Shown here one piece after another: positions 18,637 to 27,230 of a stretch of DNA of 56,415 nucleotides. The stretch comes from Chthonomonadales bacterium (GTDB taxonomy: Bacteria > Armatimonadota > Chthonomonadetes > Chthonomonadales > Chthonomonadaceae): positions 1 through 56,415 of the forward strand of contig JBBQPO010000003.1 of NCBI GenBank assembly GCA_038217285.1, in the 5' to 3' direction. A program made the position numbers and the translations under genes. Under the pieces are notes generated by a model. That model had not been told where the DNA came from. It searched no databases and worked only from the letters and a program-made list of their open reading frames with translations. The first letter of the stretch is position 1. The number at the start of each line of letters is the position of its first letter.

Positions 18637-20415
18637 ATGGTAATAGCACGCAAAAGCCTCGGCGACTATCTGGTAGAAAAAGGATATGCTTCTGCTCAGG
18701 AGATCGAGGACGCAAAAAAAGCACAACATTCCACACATGGTGACCTTGCCAAGATTCTCGTAGACCTGGGACTCAATCCCACCCATGTCTATGAAGCCAA
18801 GGCACATGAGCTCGGCCAGCCGTTTGTAGACCTCACCGTCTATAAGCCGGATCAGAGCGCGCTGAACGTCGTCCCCGCCCATGTCGCGACACGTCACAAT
18901 GTCCTGCCGGTCAAGAAAGACGGCAACATCCTCTATGTGGCGATGGCCGACACCAACAATATTACGGCTGCCGACGACCTTCGCCTGGTTTCGCGCTGCA
19001 CCGTGCGCGGCGTTCTCGCGGTGCCGGACCATATCACCGATGCCATTGCCCGCCTCTACGGGGGCACGGGCGGCGGAGAGATCAGCGCCAACCGAACCGG
19101 GATGAACCCGAACAAAGACAGCACAGACCTCACCAACTCCAGCATGGCGGGCGACATGAAAGAGGCGATGGCCCGCTATAGCGCGGAGAAGAACACCGAC
19201 ATCGAAACCGACGAGAACGCCCAGGGTGTCGACGGCTCCGATGACGCCCCCATCGTCCGCCTCGCCAACACGATCATTCAGCAGGCGATCAAAGAGCGCG
19301 CTTCGGACATCCATATCGAGCCGGGCACGAAGAACATGCGGGTCCGTTACCGAATCGACGGCGTTCTGCACGAAGCCATGCCGATGCCGAAATATCTGCA
19401 GATGCCGCTGACAGCCCGCTACAAGATCCTCTCCGAGATGAACATCGCCGAGCGGCGTGTCCCGCAGGACGGCCGTATCCCGATCCGCTACGAGAACAAG
19501 GACTACGACCTCCGCGTCTCCTGTCTGCCCAACCTGTTCGGTGAAAAGATCGTCATGCGTATTCTGGACAAGAGCAGCATCATGATCGGTCTGAACAAAC
19601 TCGGGTTCACGCCGGATATGCAGGCGCAGCTCGAAGAGCTCTCCAACCAGCCGAACGGAATGCTGCTCTCCACGGGTCCGACCGGCTCCGGCAAGACCAC
19701 CACGCAGTACTCGCTTCTGAACCGCCTCAACACGGTCGGGGTCAACATCCTGACGGTCGAAGATCCGTGCGAATACCAGTTGAACGGGATCACGCAGGTG
19801 CAGGTGAACAAGAAGGCGGGCCTCGACTTCGGCAAAGCGCTGCGCTCGTTCCTGCGGCAGGACCCGGACATCATCATGGTCGGAGAGATGCGCGACCTGG
19901 AAACGGCCGAAATCGCCATTGAATCGGCGCTTACCGGTCACCTTGTGCTCTCGACCCTGCATACCAACGACGCCCCGTCCGCCACGATCCGCCTCATCGA
20001 CATGGGAATCGAACCATTCCTTATCGCGGCGACGGTCATGGGCATCCTGGCGCAACGCCTCGGCCGCAAAATCTGTGCGAACTGCAAAGAGACCTACGAA
20101 GTGGCCGGCGCCGACCTGAAGCGCTTCGGGTTCCGGCCGGAAGATCCCGGTGAGATGGTCACCCTGGCACGTGGACGCGGCTGCGAAATGTGCCGACACA
20201 CCGGCTACAAAGGTCGTATCGGCTTCTACGAGCTGATGCGCATGAACGCGGAAATGGCGGAAATGGTCGTGCGACGCGCCCCGCTCGGCGACCTGAAAGA
20301 GGCCGCCAAAGCCAACGGCATGAAGGAACTCAAAGAGGACGGCCTCATCAAAGTTCTGGCGCAGCAGACCACGCCCGAAGAGGTCATGCGCGTCGTCTTC
20401 ACCGCCGGTTACTAA
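18637..20415 (+). CDS. pilB: Type IV pilus extension ATPase (PilB/GspE family)
   Basis: MshEN-like N-terminus, ASDIHIEP, RVPQDGR, GPTGSGKTT, TVEDP, RQDPDIIMVGEMRD, TGHLVLSTLHTND, CxxC...CxxC. Confidence 0.95.
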   Translation: MVIARKSLGDYLVEKGYASAQEIEDAKKAQHSTHGDLAKILVDLGLNPTHVYEAKAHELGQPFVDLTVYKPDQSALNVVPAHVATRHNVLPVKKDGNILYVAMADTNNITAADDLRLVSRCTVRGVLAVPDHITDAIARLYGGTGGGEISANRTGMNPNKDSTDLTNSSMAGDMKEAMARYSAEKNTDIETDENAQGVDGSDDAPIVRLANTIIQQAIKERASDIHIEPGTKNMRVRYRIDGVLHEAMPMPKYLQMPLTARYKILSEMNIAERRVPQDGRIPIRYENKDYDLRVSCLPNLFGEKIVMRILDKSSIMIGLNKLGFTPDMQAQLEELSNQPNGMLLSTGPTGSGKTTTQYSLLNRLNTVGVNILTVEDPCEYQLNGITQVQVNKKAGLDFGKALRSFLRQDPDIIMVGEMRDLETAEIAIESALTGHLVLSTLHTNDAPSATIRLIDMGIEPFLIAATVMGILAQRLGRKICANCKETYEVAGADLKRFGFRPEDPGEMVTLARGRGCEMCRHTGYKGRIGFYELMRMNAEMAEMVVRRAPLGDLKEAAKANGMKELKEDGLIKVLAQQTTPEEVMRVVFTAGY

Positions 20416-20422
20416 ATCGAAT

Positions 20423-20467
20423 CGAACCCTTGCCTCCTTCCCTAGACGGGAAGGAGCCGGGGGTTCG
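20423..20467. repeat. Palindromic REP-like hairpin between the two pilB genes
   Basis: CGAACCC..CTCCTTCCC-TAGAC-GGGAAGGAG..GGGTTCG. Confidence 0.6.
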
Positions 20468-20504
20468 GTCTGCGGCGGGGGCGCTTTCAGAAAGAGGCAC
20501 GACG

Positions 20505-21968
20505 ATGGCACTGCTTTCGTGGCTGAACCGCAACTTTCGAACGAGCCTTCTTTCCGCACCGTTGGCCGCTATGGCCGACGGTGCGGAAGGCGTTTCTGTC
20601 GTGCATCCCATGGTAACGGAAGGGACACCGCAACCGGAGAAATCTGTTCCTGCCGAAACGCCTGCGCCCGCTGATGCCGTAAGTGCGTCCGAGGAAGCGA
20701 CGGACCCCCTGCGCTACATGAAAGAGGCGATGGCCCGCTACGCTGCGGAGCCGTATTCTGAACCTGACTCCGACAAAGGCATGACAGATGGCATTGGTGG
20801 CGATAACGCCCCTATTGTCCGCCTCGCCAACACGCTCATTCAGCAGGCTATCAAAGAGCGCGCTTCGGACATCCATATCGAGCCAGGCACGAAGAACATG
20901 CGGGTCCGCTACCGAATCGACGGCATTCTGCACGAAGTCATGCCGATGCCGAAATATCTGCAGATGCCGCTGACGGTCCGCTACAAAGTCCTTGCCGGGA
21001 TCGACATGGCGACGCATCGGGGCCTGCCGCAAGAGGGACGCATTCCGGTCCGCTACATGGGTTCCGATTACAGTATTCGCGTCAATACGCAGCCGACCCA
21101 TGATGGCGACCATATTACGTTTCACATCGATAGTATGGAACGCATTCAGCGCGGTCTTGACCAACTGGGTTTTACGCCGAATGTGCAGGTGCAACTGGAA
21201 AAGCTTCTCGACCGGCAGCGGGGGCTAGTGTTAATCGCGGGACCCGCCGGTTCCGGAAAGACGACTACGCAATACTGTCTGGGGAGCCGATTGAGCCGTG
21301 TTGGTGTTCATATCGCAACGGTCGAAGAGAGAGCGACGCATCGCCTGCCCGGCACGACACAGATTGTGGTCGATCGGCTGGATAGTGGAACACTGGCGGC
21401 GTCCATTCGCATGGCGCTTCAGCACGATGTCGATGTGATGTGCATCAGCGACATCCGAGACAAGGCCACGGCGCAGGCGGCGCTGGATGCGGCTGCGAGT
21501 TCCTTGGTCATTGCGACGGTACACGGAGACGAAGCGCTTTCCACACTCGTGCGCTTGACAGCAATGGGACTCGATCCCGGCCTGATCGCAGAGACCATCT
21601 GCGGTGTCGTGGCACAGCGGCTTGTACGCAAGCTCTGCACCCACTGTAAGGAGACGTACGAAGTAGCAAGCAAGGATCTGCGCTCCTTTGGTCTTCGATC
21701 AGAAAACCCGGAGGAGAGTGTCACCCTGGCGCGAGGCGTCGGGTGCGAGTATTGTCGTCAGACGGGCTATTACGGTCGTCTCGGCCTCTATGAGTTGTTC
21801 CGCTGGGATCCTGCGCTTCGGAAGATGTTTGCCGACCGGGTGCCGCTTCCTCACCTGAAAGAGGCTGCTCTCGGGAATAATCGCATGGAAGATTTGAAAG
21901 CGGATGGCCTGGTGAAAATCCTTACCCAGACGACGACTCCAGAGGAAGTCTTGCGCGCCTGTGACTGA
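20505..21968 (+). CDS. Second PilB-like protein with a degenerate ATPase site (487 aa)
   Basis: AGAGG RBS and ATG 20505; Walker A GPAGSGKTT and the Zn motif are kept; Asp box TVEERATH, Walker B QHDVDVMCISDIRD and His box SSLVIATVHGDE are altered; no MshEN domain. Confidence 0.85.
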   Translation: MALLSWLNRNFRTSLLSAPLAAMADGAEGVSVVHPMVTEGTPQPEKSVPAETPAPADAVSASEEATDPLRYMKEAMARYAAEPYSEPDSDKGMTDGIGGDNAPIVRLANTLIQQAIKERASDIHIEPGTKNMRVRYRIDGILHEVMPMPKYLQMPLTVRYKVLAGIDMATHRGLPQEGRIPVRYMGSDYSIRVNTQPTHDGDHITFHIDSMERIQRGLDQLGFTPNVQVQLEKLLDRQRGLVLIAGPAGSGKTTTQYCLGSRLSRVGVHIATVEERATHRLPGTTQIVVDRLDSGTLAASIRMALQHDVDVMCISDIRDKATAQAALDAAASSLVIATVHGDEALSTLVRLTAMGLDPGLIAETICGVVAQRLVRKLCTHCKETYEVASKDLRSFGLRSENPEESVTLARGVGCEYCRQTGYYGRLGLYELFRWDPALRKMFADRVPLPHLKEAALGNNRMEDLKADGLVKILTQTTTPEEVLRACD

Positions 21969-22154
21969 GCCGCCCCTAAAGGAGCGGCCTGATGCGGTAA
22001 GACCCCTGAAGGGGCCTGGGATTGCTGGCAGAGGTTATAATCTCGCCGTGAGAGGATACTTCCAGTCGTACTGCCCAAACGTAAATACACACTTGCGTCG
22101 GCCCCAGCCCCATTCATGGGGCTTACGAAAGACAGACCGCTCCTTTAGGGGCGG
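21951..22154. mobile_element. REPIN/MITE-like nested inverted-repeat element, copy 1
   Basis: Outer IR CCGCCCCTAAAGGAGCGGCCTG / CAGACCGCTCCTTTAGGGGCGG; inner IR TAAGACCCCTGAAGGGGCCTGGG / CCCAGCCCCATTCATGGGGCTTA; second copy at 24961. Confidence 0.8.
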
Positions 22155-22169
22155 GCCATCGTGCGCTTC

Positions 22170-22198
22170 TTGACAAAGACGTCAAAGTGAAGAATACT
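22170..22198 (+). promoter_or_regulatory. Possible sigma70-type promoter for pilT-pilC
   Basis: TTGACA-N17-AATACT. Confidence 0.5.
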
Positions 22199-22321
22199 GT
22201 AGTTAAGTGTGTGAGATCGGAATCGAGGCATTCCGGAAGTAATGAGAGAGCTGCTGCGCCGTTGCCTGTGGCGACCCGGAAAGGGCGTCGGGGCCGGCGG
22301 CATTCGTCGGGAGAAAATAAC

Positions 22322-23617
22322 GTGTCTAACAACCAGTTTCCAAATAACCCGAATCAGCCTGGTCAGGGCTATCCGCAGCAGCCGCAGGGGCAGCCCAACT
22401 ATGGGCAGCCCCAGCCGCCCGGAGTGCCCGCGATGCCGGGCGCACCCGGTATGCCGGGAGGACCAGCGGTCCAGGCCGTACAGATACAGTCCGCCGCTTC
22501 GGCGCGGCCCTTCGCGCTCGACGACGCCCATATCGACGATCTGCTGCGCGCCATGCACGAAAAAGGCGCGTCCGACCTGCATATCGCCATTGGTATTCCC
22601 CCGATCATTCGCGTCGATGGCGCGCTGGTTCCCATGCCCTGGGAGAAGATGAGCCCCCAGGCCGCGCAGCGGCTTATCTACGACATCCTGACCGACGAAC
22701 AGATCCAGCGCTTTGAAACCGATTACGAACTCGACTTCTCCTATCAGTTGGCCCGTATCGCCCGCTTCCGCGTCAATGTCTTCCGCGACAAGGGCAACTG
22801 CGCTATGGCCTTCCGGCAGATCCCGCAGAAGATTCCGACGCTCAAAGACCTGCAGTTGCCGCCGCTGCTCGAAGAGTTGACCAAGCTGCCCCGCGGCCTT
22901 GTCCTCGTCACAGGCCCGACCGGCTCCGGCAAATCGACCACGCTCGCCGCGATGATCAACCATATCAACAACGAAGAGAGCAAGCATATCATCACGATCG
23001 AGGACCCGATCGAATACCTGCATACGCACAAGTTCTCGGTCATCAATCAGCGTGAAGTCGGCCAGGACACCAAGGAGTTCAAGAACGCGCTGCGCGCCTC
23101 CCTGCGCGAAGACCCGGATGTCATCCTGGTCGGTGAAATGCGCGACCTCGAAACCATGCAGATGGCCGTCTCCGCCGCAGAAACAGGCCACCTTGTCTTC
23201 GCCACCCTGCATACCAACTCGGCGGCGACCTCGGTCGAACGTATCGTCGACTCTTTCCCGGGCGGGCAGCAGGAGCAGGTGCGTCTGCAGCTCTCCAACA
23301 ACCTGCAGGCCATTCTCTGCCAGCAGTTGATTCCCCGCGCCAATCAGCCCGGACGAACCTGCGCGCTGGAGATCATGCGCGCCAGCCCGGCCATTCGAAA
23401 CTTAATTCGTGAAGCCAAAGCGCATCAGATTACGTCTATGATCCAAACCAGCGGAAACATGGGTATGCAGACCATGGACCAGTGTCTCCGCGACCTCTAC
23501 GTGCGTGGTGTCATTTCGCTTGACGAGGCCATTACGCGCGCCATGAACCCAGCCGAGCTTGAGAAGATGATCAAGACCTCGACGACGCCCCAACCCGGCC
23601 AGCCCGGCTATCGGTGA
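22322..23617 (+). CDS. pilT: Type IV pilus retraction ATPase
   Basis: GGAG RBS and GTG 22322; GASDLH, GPTGSGKSTT, IEDPIE, LREDPDVILVGEMRD, AETGHLV..TLHT, AIRNLIRE. Confidence 0.95.
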   Translation: MSNNQFPNNPNQPGQGYPQQPQGQPNYGQPQPPGVPAMPGAPGMPGGPAVQAVQIQSAASARPFALDDAHIDDLLRAMHEKGASDLHIAIGIPPIIRVDGALVPMPWEKMSPQAAQRLIYDILTDEQIQRFETDYELDFSYQLARIARFRVNVFRDKGNCAMAFRQIPQKIPTLKDLQLPPLLEELTKLPRGLVLVTGPTGSGKSTTLAAMINHINNEESKHIITIEDPIEYLHTHKFSVINQREVGQDTKEFKNALRASLREDPDVILVGEMRDLETMQMAVSAAETGHLVFATLHTNSAATSVERIVDSFPGGQQEQVRLQLSNNLQAILCQQLIPRANQPGRTCALEIMRASPAIRNLIREAKAHQITSMIQTSGNMGMQTMDQCLRDLYVRGVISLDEAITRAMNPAELEKMIKTSTTPQPGQPGYR

Positions 23618-23638
23618 TGATTCCCAGGAGGAAATCCA

Positions 23639-24892
23639 ATGCCTACCTTTCAGTACACTGTTCGTGATGCTACCGGGGCGGTCCGCACCGGAACCTCGGA
23701 AGCCGAAAGTCAGGACATTCTGAAGCGCCGCTTGATCGAGCAGGGCTTCTCCGTCAACGATGTCAAACAGACGGCCGCCAACAAAAAGAAGGCTGGCGGC
23801 GGTTTCGGGCGCGTCAAACTCAAAGACCTTTCGATCTTCTGCCGACAGTTCTCTACCATGGTAGACGCTGGCGTCTCGCTCGTGCGCTCTCTGGACGTCC
23901 TGGGCGAACAGACTCAGAGCCCGAAACTCAAGCGTATCATTCGTGAAATCCAGGTCGAAGTCGAAGGCGGTCAGACGCTCTCGAAATCGATGGCGAAATA
24001 CCCGAAGGTGTTCAGCAACCTGTTCGTCGGTCTGGTGCGCGCCGGAGAGGTCGGTGGTGTACTCGAAGAAGCGCTGCAGCGACTGTCCCACTTCCTGGAA
24101 AAGGATATGGAACTGCGCCGCAAGGTAAAAGCCGCCATGACCTATCCGGTCATCGTTCTGTTTGTCGCCGTGGCGATCGTTCTAGGCCTCTGCACCTTCA
24201 TCGTGCCGAAGTTCATCGACCTGTTCAAAGAACTCGGCGTGAAGGAACTGCCCTGGATGACGCAGGTGCTGGTCGACTTCTCCAACTTCCTCAAAGACAA
24301 GTGGTGGATCGCCCTGATCATCGTCGTCGTCGTCACGATGTCCCTCAAGTACGCTGGAACGACCAAGCTGGGCCGCCGCGTCATCGACCGCCTGAAGCTG
24401 AAGGTGCCGGTCTTCGGGCCGCTGGGCCATAAGATCTGTCTGGCCCGGTTCTCGCGCACCCTCTCGACGCTGCTGGTCTCGGGCGTCCCCATTCTCCAGG
24501 CGATGGAGACGGTGGCCGCAACCGTCGGCAACGAGATCATCAGCGAAGCGATTATGAACGCCCGTGCCCGTATCCGTGAAGGTGAGCGCATCAACGAGCC
24601 TCTGGAGAAGAGCAAGATGTTCCCGCCGATGGTCGTGCATATGATCTCCATTGGGGAAGAGTCTGGAGCCCTCGATCAGATGCTCTCCAAGGTGGCCGAA
24701 TTCTACGAGGGTGAGGTGGACTCCACGATCCAGTCGCTGGCCTCCGCTATCGAGCCGGTCATGATCGTACTACTCGGTTTCTGCGTCGGCTTTATCGTCA
24801 TCGCCATGTTCATGCCCCTGCTGAGCGTTATCAGCAACCTGTCCGGCAGCGGCGACGACGATGCAAAATCCGGCGGCGCTACCAAGGAGTAG
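23639..24892 (+). CDS. pilC: Type IV pilus platform protein (PilC/GspF)
   Basis: AGGAGG RBS; FCRQFSTMVDAG, AGEVGG, AMTYP, FSRTLSTLL.SGVP, IGEESG, IEP. Confidence 0.95.
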   Translation: MPTFQYTVRDATGAVRTGTSEAESQDILKRRLIEQGFSVNDVKQTAANKKKAGGGFGRVKLKDLSIFCRQFSTMVDAGVSLVRSLDVLGEQTQSPKLKRIIREIQVEVEGGQTLSKSMAKYPKVFSNLFVGLVRAGEVGGVLEEALQRLSHFLEKDMELRRKVKAAMTYPVIVLFVAVAIVLGLCTFIVPKFIDLFKELGVKELPWMTQVLVDFSNFLKDKWWIALIIVVVVTMSLKYAGTTKLGRRVIDRLKLKVPVFGPLGHKICLARFSRTLSTLLVSGVPILQAMETVAATVGNEIISEAIMNARARIREGERINEPLEKSKMFPPMVVHMISIGEESGALDQMLSKVAEFYEGEVDSTIQSLASAIEPVMIVLLGFCVGFIVIAMFMPLLSVISNLSGSGDDDAKSGGATKE

Positions 24893-24910
24893 CGGACGCC
24901 ATTCCTCCGC

Positions 24911-24942
24911 AGCCCCTCCTTACGTATGAGTAAGGAGGGGCT
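24911..24942. terminator. Hairpin after pilC (terminator or REP-like)
   Basis: AGCCCCTCCTTAC-GTATGA-GTAAGGAGGGGCT (13-bp stem, no U-tract). Confidence 0.55.
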
Positions 24943-24960
24943 AGCGAGTGCTCCCTCCCC

Positions 24961-25170
24961 TTGCGCGCATGTGACTGAGCCGCCCCTAAAGGAGCGGCCT
25001 GTTGGGGAAGGTTAAGGCCCATAAATGGGCCTGTGATGACTGGCAGGAAGGTCCAGTGCGCCCAAACGTCGATGCTCTCGGCCTGATTATGGAAGCGCAA
25101 GGCTAGACTGACGTTAGACCCAGCCCCATTTATGGGGCTTACCGTATCAGACCGCTCCTTGAGGGGCGGC
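24961..25170. mobile_element. REPIN/MITE-like nested inverted-repeat element, copy 2
   Basis: First 41 nt match copy 1 at all but one base; same outer and inner IRs, diverged centre. Confidence 0.8.
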
Positions 25171-25200
25171 GATTTCTATGATGAAGATGAAAAACGGCTT

Positions 25201-26280
25201 ATGAGCGGACCTGTCTGGTTCTGGACGACCACGGTGTTTCTATTCGGCATCTGCATCGGCAGTTTCCTGAATGTTGTGATCTATCGCCTGCCACTGGGCA
25301 TTTCGGTGGCCGAACCGCAATGGTCGTTCTGTCCGAACTGCCGTGCACGGTTGACCGGCCTCGATCTAGTTCCCCTCTTTAGTTTCCTCCTGCTCGGGCA
25401 GAAATGCCGCACCTGCAAACAGCCTATCTCCTGGCGCTACTTCTCCGTCGAACTGCTGACGGGCCTGCTGTTCGCCGCGCTCTTCCTGCAGTTTCAGAAC
25501 GACGTGCCGACGGCGGTCGCTCTGCTTCTCTTCGCCGCCCTGCTGGTACCCATCTATTTCATCGACCTCGCCACGTTCACCATTCCTGACTCGCTGAATC
25601 TGTTGGCCTTCGTCGTGGCGGTCGGTCGCGATCTCGTCGGCATCCTGCGGCACGAGACGGGCTACGAGCTGCTCTGGGGATGGCTGCCGCGCTCGATTGC
25701 GGGGGCGGTGATCGGTGTGCTGATATTCGGCGCGATTCGCCTCGCTGGCTGGCTCTGGCGGCGGCAGGAGGCGATGGGGCTTGGGGACGTGCTGCTTGCG
25801 CGCGGCATGGGCGCGATGCTGGCTCTGCTCGTGCCCGCAGGCTCGAGTGTGCTGCGACTGTTCCCGATATGGATCCTGCTCGCCTGCCTTTCCGGGCTGA
25901 TCGTCGGCCCCGCCCTGATCTTTTTACGCCGCCGAACGCATATAGAAGCGGATTCGGGCGAAACGGACAGAGGAAACACCGACACGACAGGCGAAGAAAT
26001 AGAGTCGGACGACTCGTCATTGGGACGGGAACTGACGGACATCGGCTACTGCCTGATCCTGGGGGATGCCTGGGAGCTTTTACGCGGCCTGCTGCGCCGC
26101 GAACCGGCCTCGGCCGTCGTGGCTGCGGAACCCGAAGACGACTGGCAGCCCGCCCCCAGCGCGATCCCGTTCGGGCCGTTTCTGGTGATCGGTTTTCTGG
26201 CGACGGTCTTCATCGGGGAGTGGGTGACTTTGCACTACCTGGCGTTCGCCTTCCCGAAGCCGCCCATGCCGCCGTACTGA
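25201..26280 (+). CDS. pilD: Prepilin peptidase / N-methyltransferase
   Basis: IGSFLNVVIYRLP, CPNC...CRTC, FID...IPD, MGLGD, IPFGPFL. Confidence 0.93.
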   Translation: MSGPVWFWTTTVFLFGICIGSFLNVVIYRLPLGISVAEPQWSFCPNCRARLTGLDLVPLFSFLLLGQKCRTCKQPISWRYFSVELLTGLLFAALFLQFQNDVPTAVALLLFAALLVPIYFIDLATFTIPDSLNLLAFVVAVGRDLVGILRHETGYELLWGWLPRSIAGAVIGVLIFGAIRLAGWLWRRQEAMGLGDVLLARGMGAMLALLVPAGSSVLRLFPIWILLACLSGLIVGPALIFLRRRTHIEADSGETDRGNTDTTGEEIESDDSSLGRELTDIGYCLILGDAWELLRGLLRREPASAVVAAEPEDDWQPAPSAIPFGPFLVIGFLATVFIGEWVTLHYLAFAFPKPPMPPY

Positions 26281-26302
26281 AAACGACCGTTGTCATCCTA
26301 CC

Positions 26303-26331
26303 GGAACATACCCCGCCGGGGCGTCGTCAAA
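26303..26331 (+). promoter_or_regulatory. Putative ECF-sigma promoter for the first prepilin gene
   Basis: GGAAC-N17-CGTCAAA. Confidence 0.65.
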
Positions 26332-26389
26332 TCAGACGGTTCGGTGTGCAATACACCGCGTGCCACGCAGAGAGATAGGAAGGGACGTT

Positions 26390-27166
26390 ATGAGAGAGAA
26401 ATGCACTGCCCAACGGGGCTTTACTCTGATCGAGCTGCTCGTCGTCATCGCGATAATCGCGATTCTCGCTGCTATTCTCTTCCCGGCCTTCAATGCGGTC
26501 CGCGAGAACACACGCCGAACCACCTGTATGAGCCAGATGAACGCCATCCATACGGCCGTGAAGCTCTATCGCGAAGACAATCAAAAATTTCCGTCGATCC
26601 TCTGCGCCATTCCGTATTACAATTTCGGGTCTCCACCCAACGTCGTCCAGAAAGTCTATGATGGCAGTGGTGGCCAGGTTCCGCTCGATATCGATGAGGT
26701 ACATGATCGGCCGCTGGTGAAACTGAAAACGACGATCACCGGCAAAGAGAATTTCCTCTGCCCGGACAATATAAACCCGAACCCTACCGCCGTCACCACT
26801 GCCGTCTACCCGGCGAACGTGCCGCTTACCGGTCAGGTCCAGAGCGGATCGGGACCCGTCTACTTCTATACCTACGACAGCTACGATGTCGGCCCGGCGC
26901 TGGACAACAATAATGTGGCGATGCCGCCCTTTACCTACGAGCTTCACTACGCGAAGGACTGGACCGGAGTCACCGGCGCCAACGATCCGCCCAACCAGTT
27001 GAAGTATCCGAATCCGCCGGACAGCAGCACCGTTATCACCTGGTGTACCTACCACTGCGCGGTCAATCACTCGGGCGTCATTCCGGTGCTGATGCTGTCG
27101 GGTACGACGAAAGCCGCCCAGGCGGTCCAGTTCACATCCAAAGGGCCGCTGAAATACGTTCCCTAG
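26390..27166 (+). CDS. Prepilin-type protein 1 (258 aa)
   Basis: G|FTLIELLVVIAIIAILAAILFP class III signal; AGGAAGG RBS; C-terminal H-X9-SG. Confidence 0.9.
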   Translation: MREKCTAQRGFTLIELLVVIAIIAILAAILFPAFNAVRENTRRTTCMSQMNAIHTAVKLYREDNQKFPSILCAIPYYNFGSPPNVVQKVYDGSGGQVPLDIDEVHDRPLVKLKTTITGKENFLCPDNINPNPTAVTTAVYPANVPLTGQVQSGSGPVYFYTYDSYDVGPALDNNNVAMPPFTYELHYAKDWTGVTGANDPPNQLKYPNPPDSSTVITWCTYHCAVNHSGVIPVLMLSGTTKAAQAVQFTSKGPLKYVP

Positions 27167-27230
27167 GTTCCGACAACGCGGCTTCGGCCCGCCTGCCACA
27201 ATAGGTATGTACGCCTTCATGGAGAATATT

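Noticed and set aside
20190-20504. Long N-terminal extension of the second PilB in the ORF track
   Set aside because: It overlaps pilB and the intergenic hairpin; the RBS supports ATG 20505
21951-25170. Composite transposon carrying pilT-pilC
   Set aside because: No transposase or target duplication is visible, and the enclosed genes are in normal pilB-pilT-pilC-pilD order
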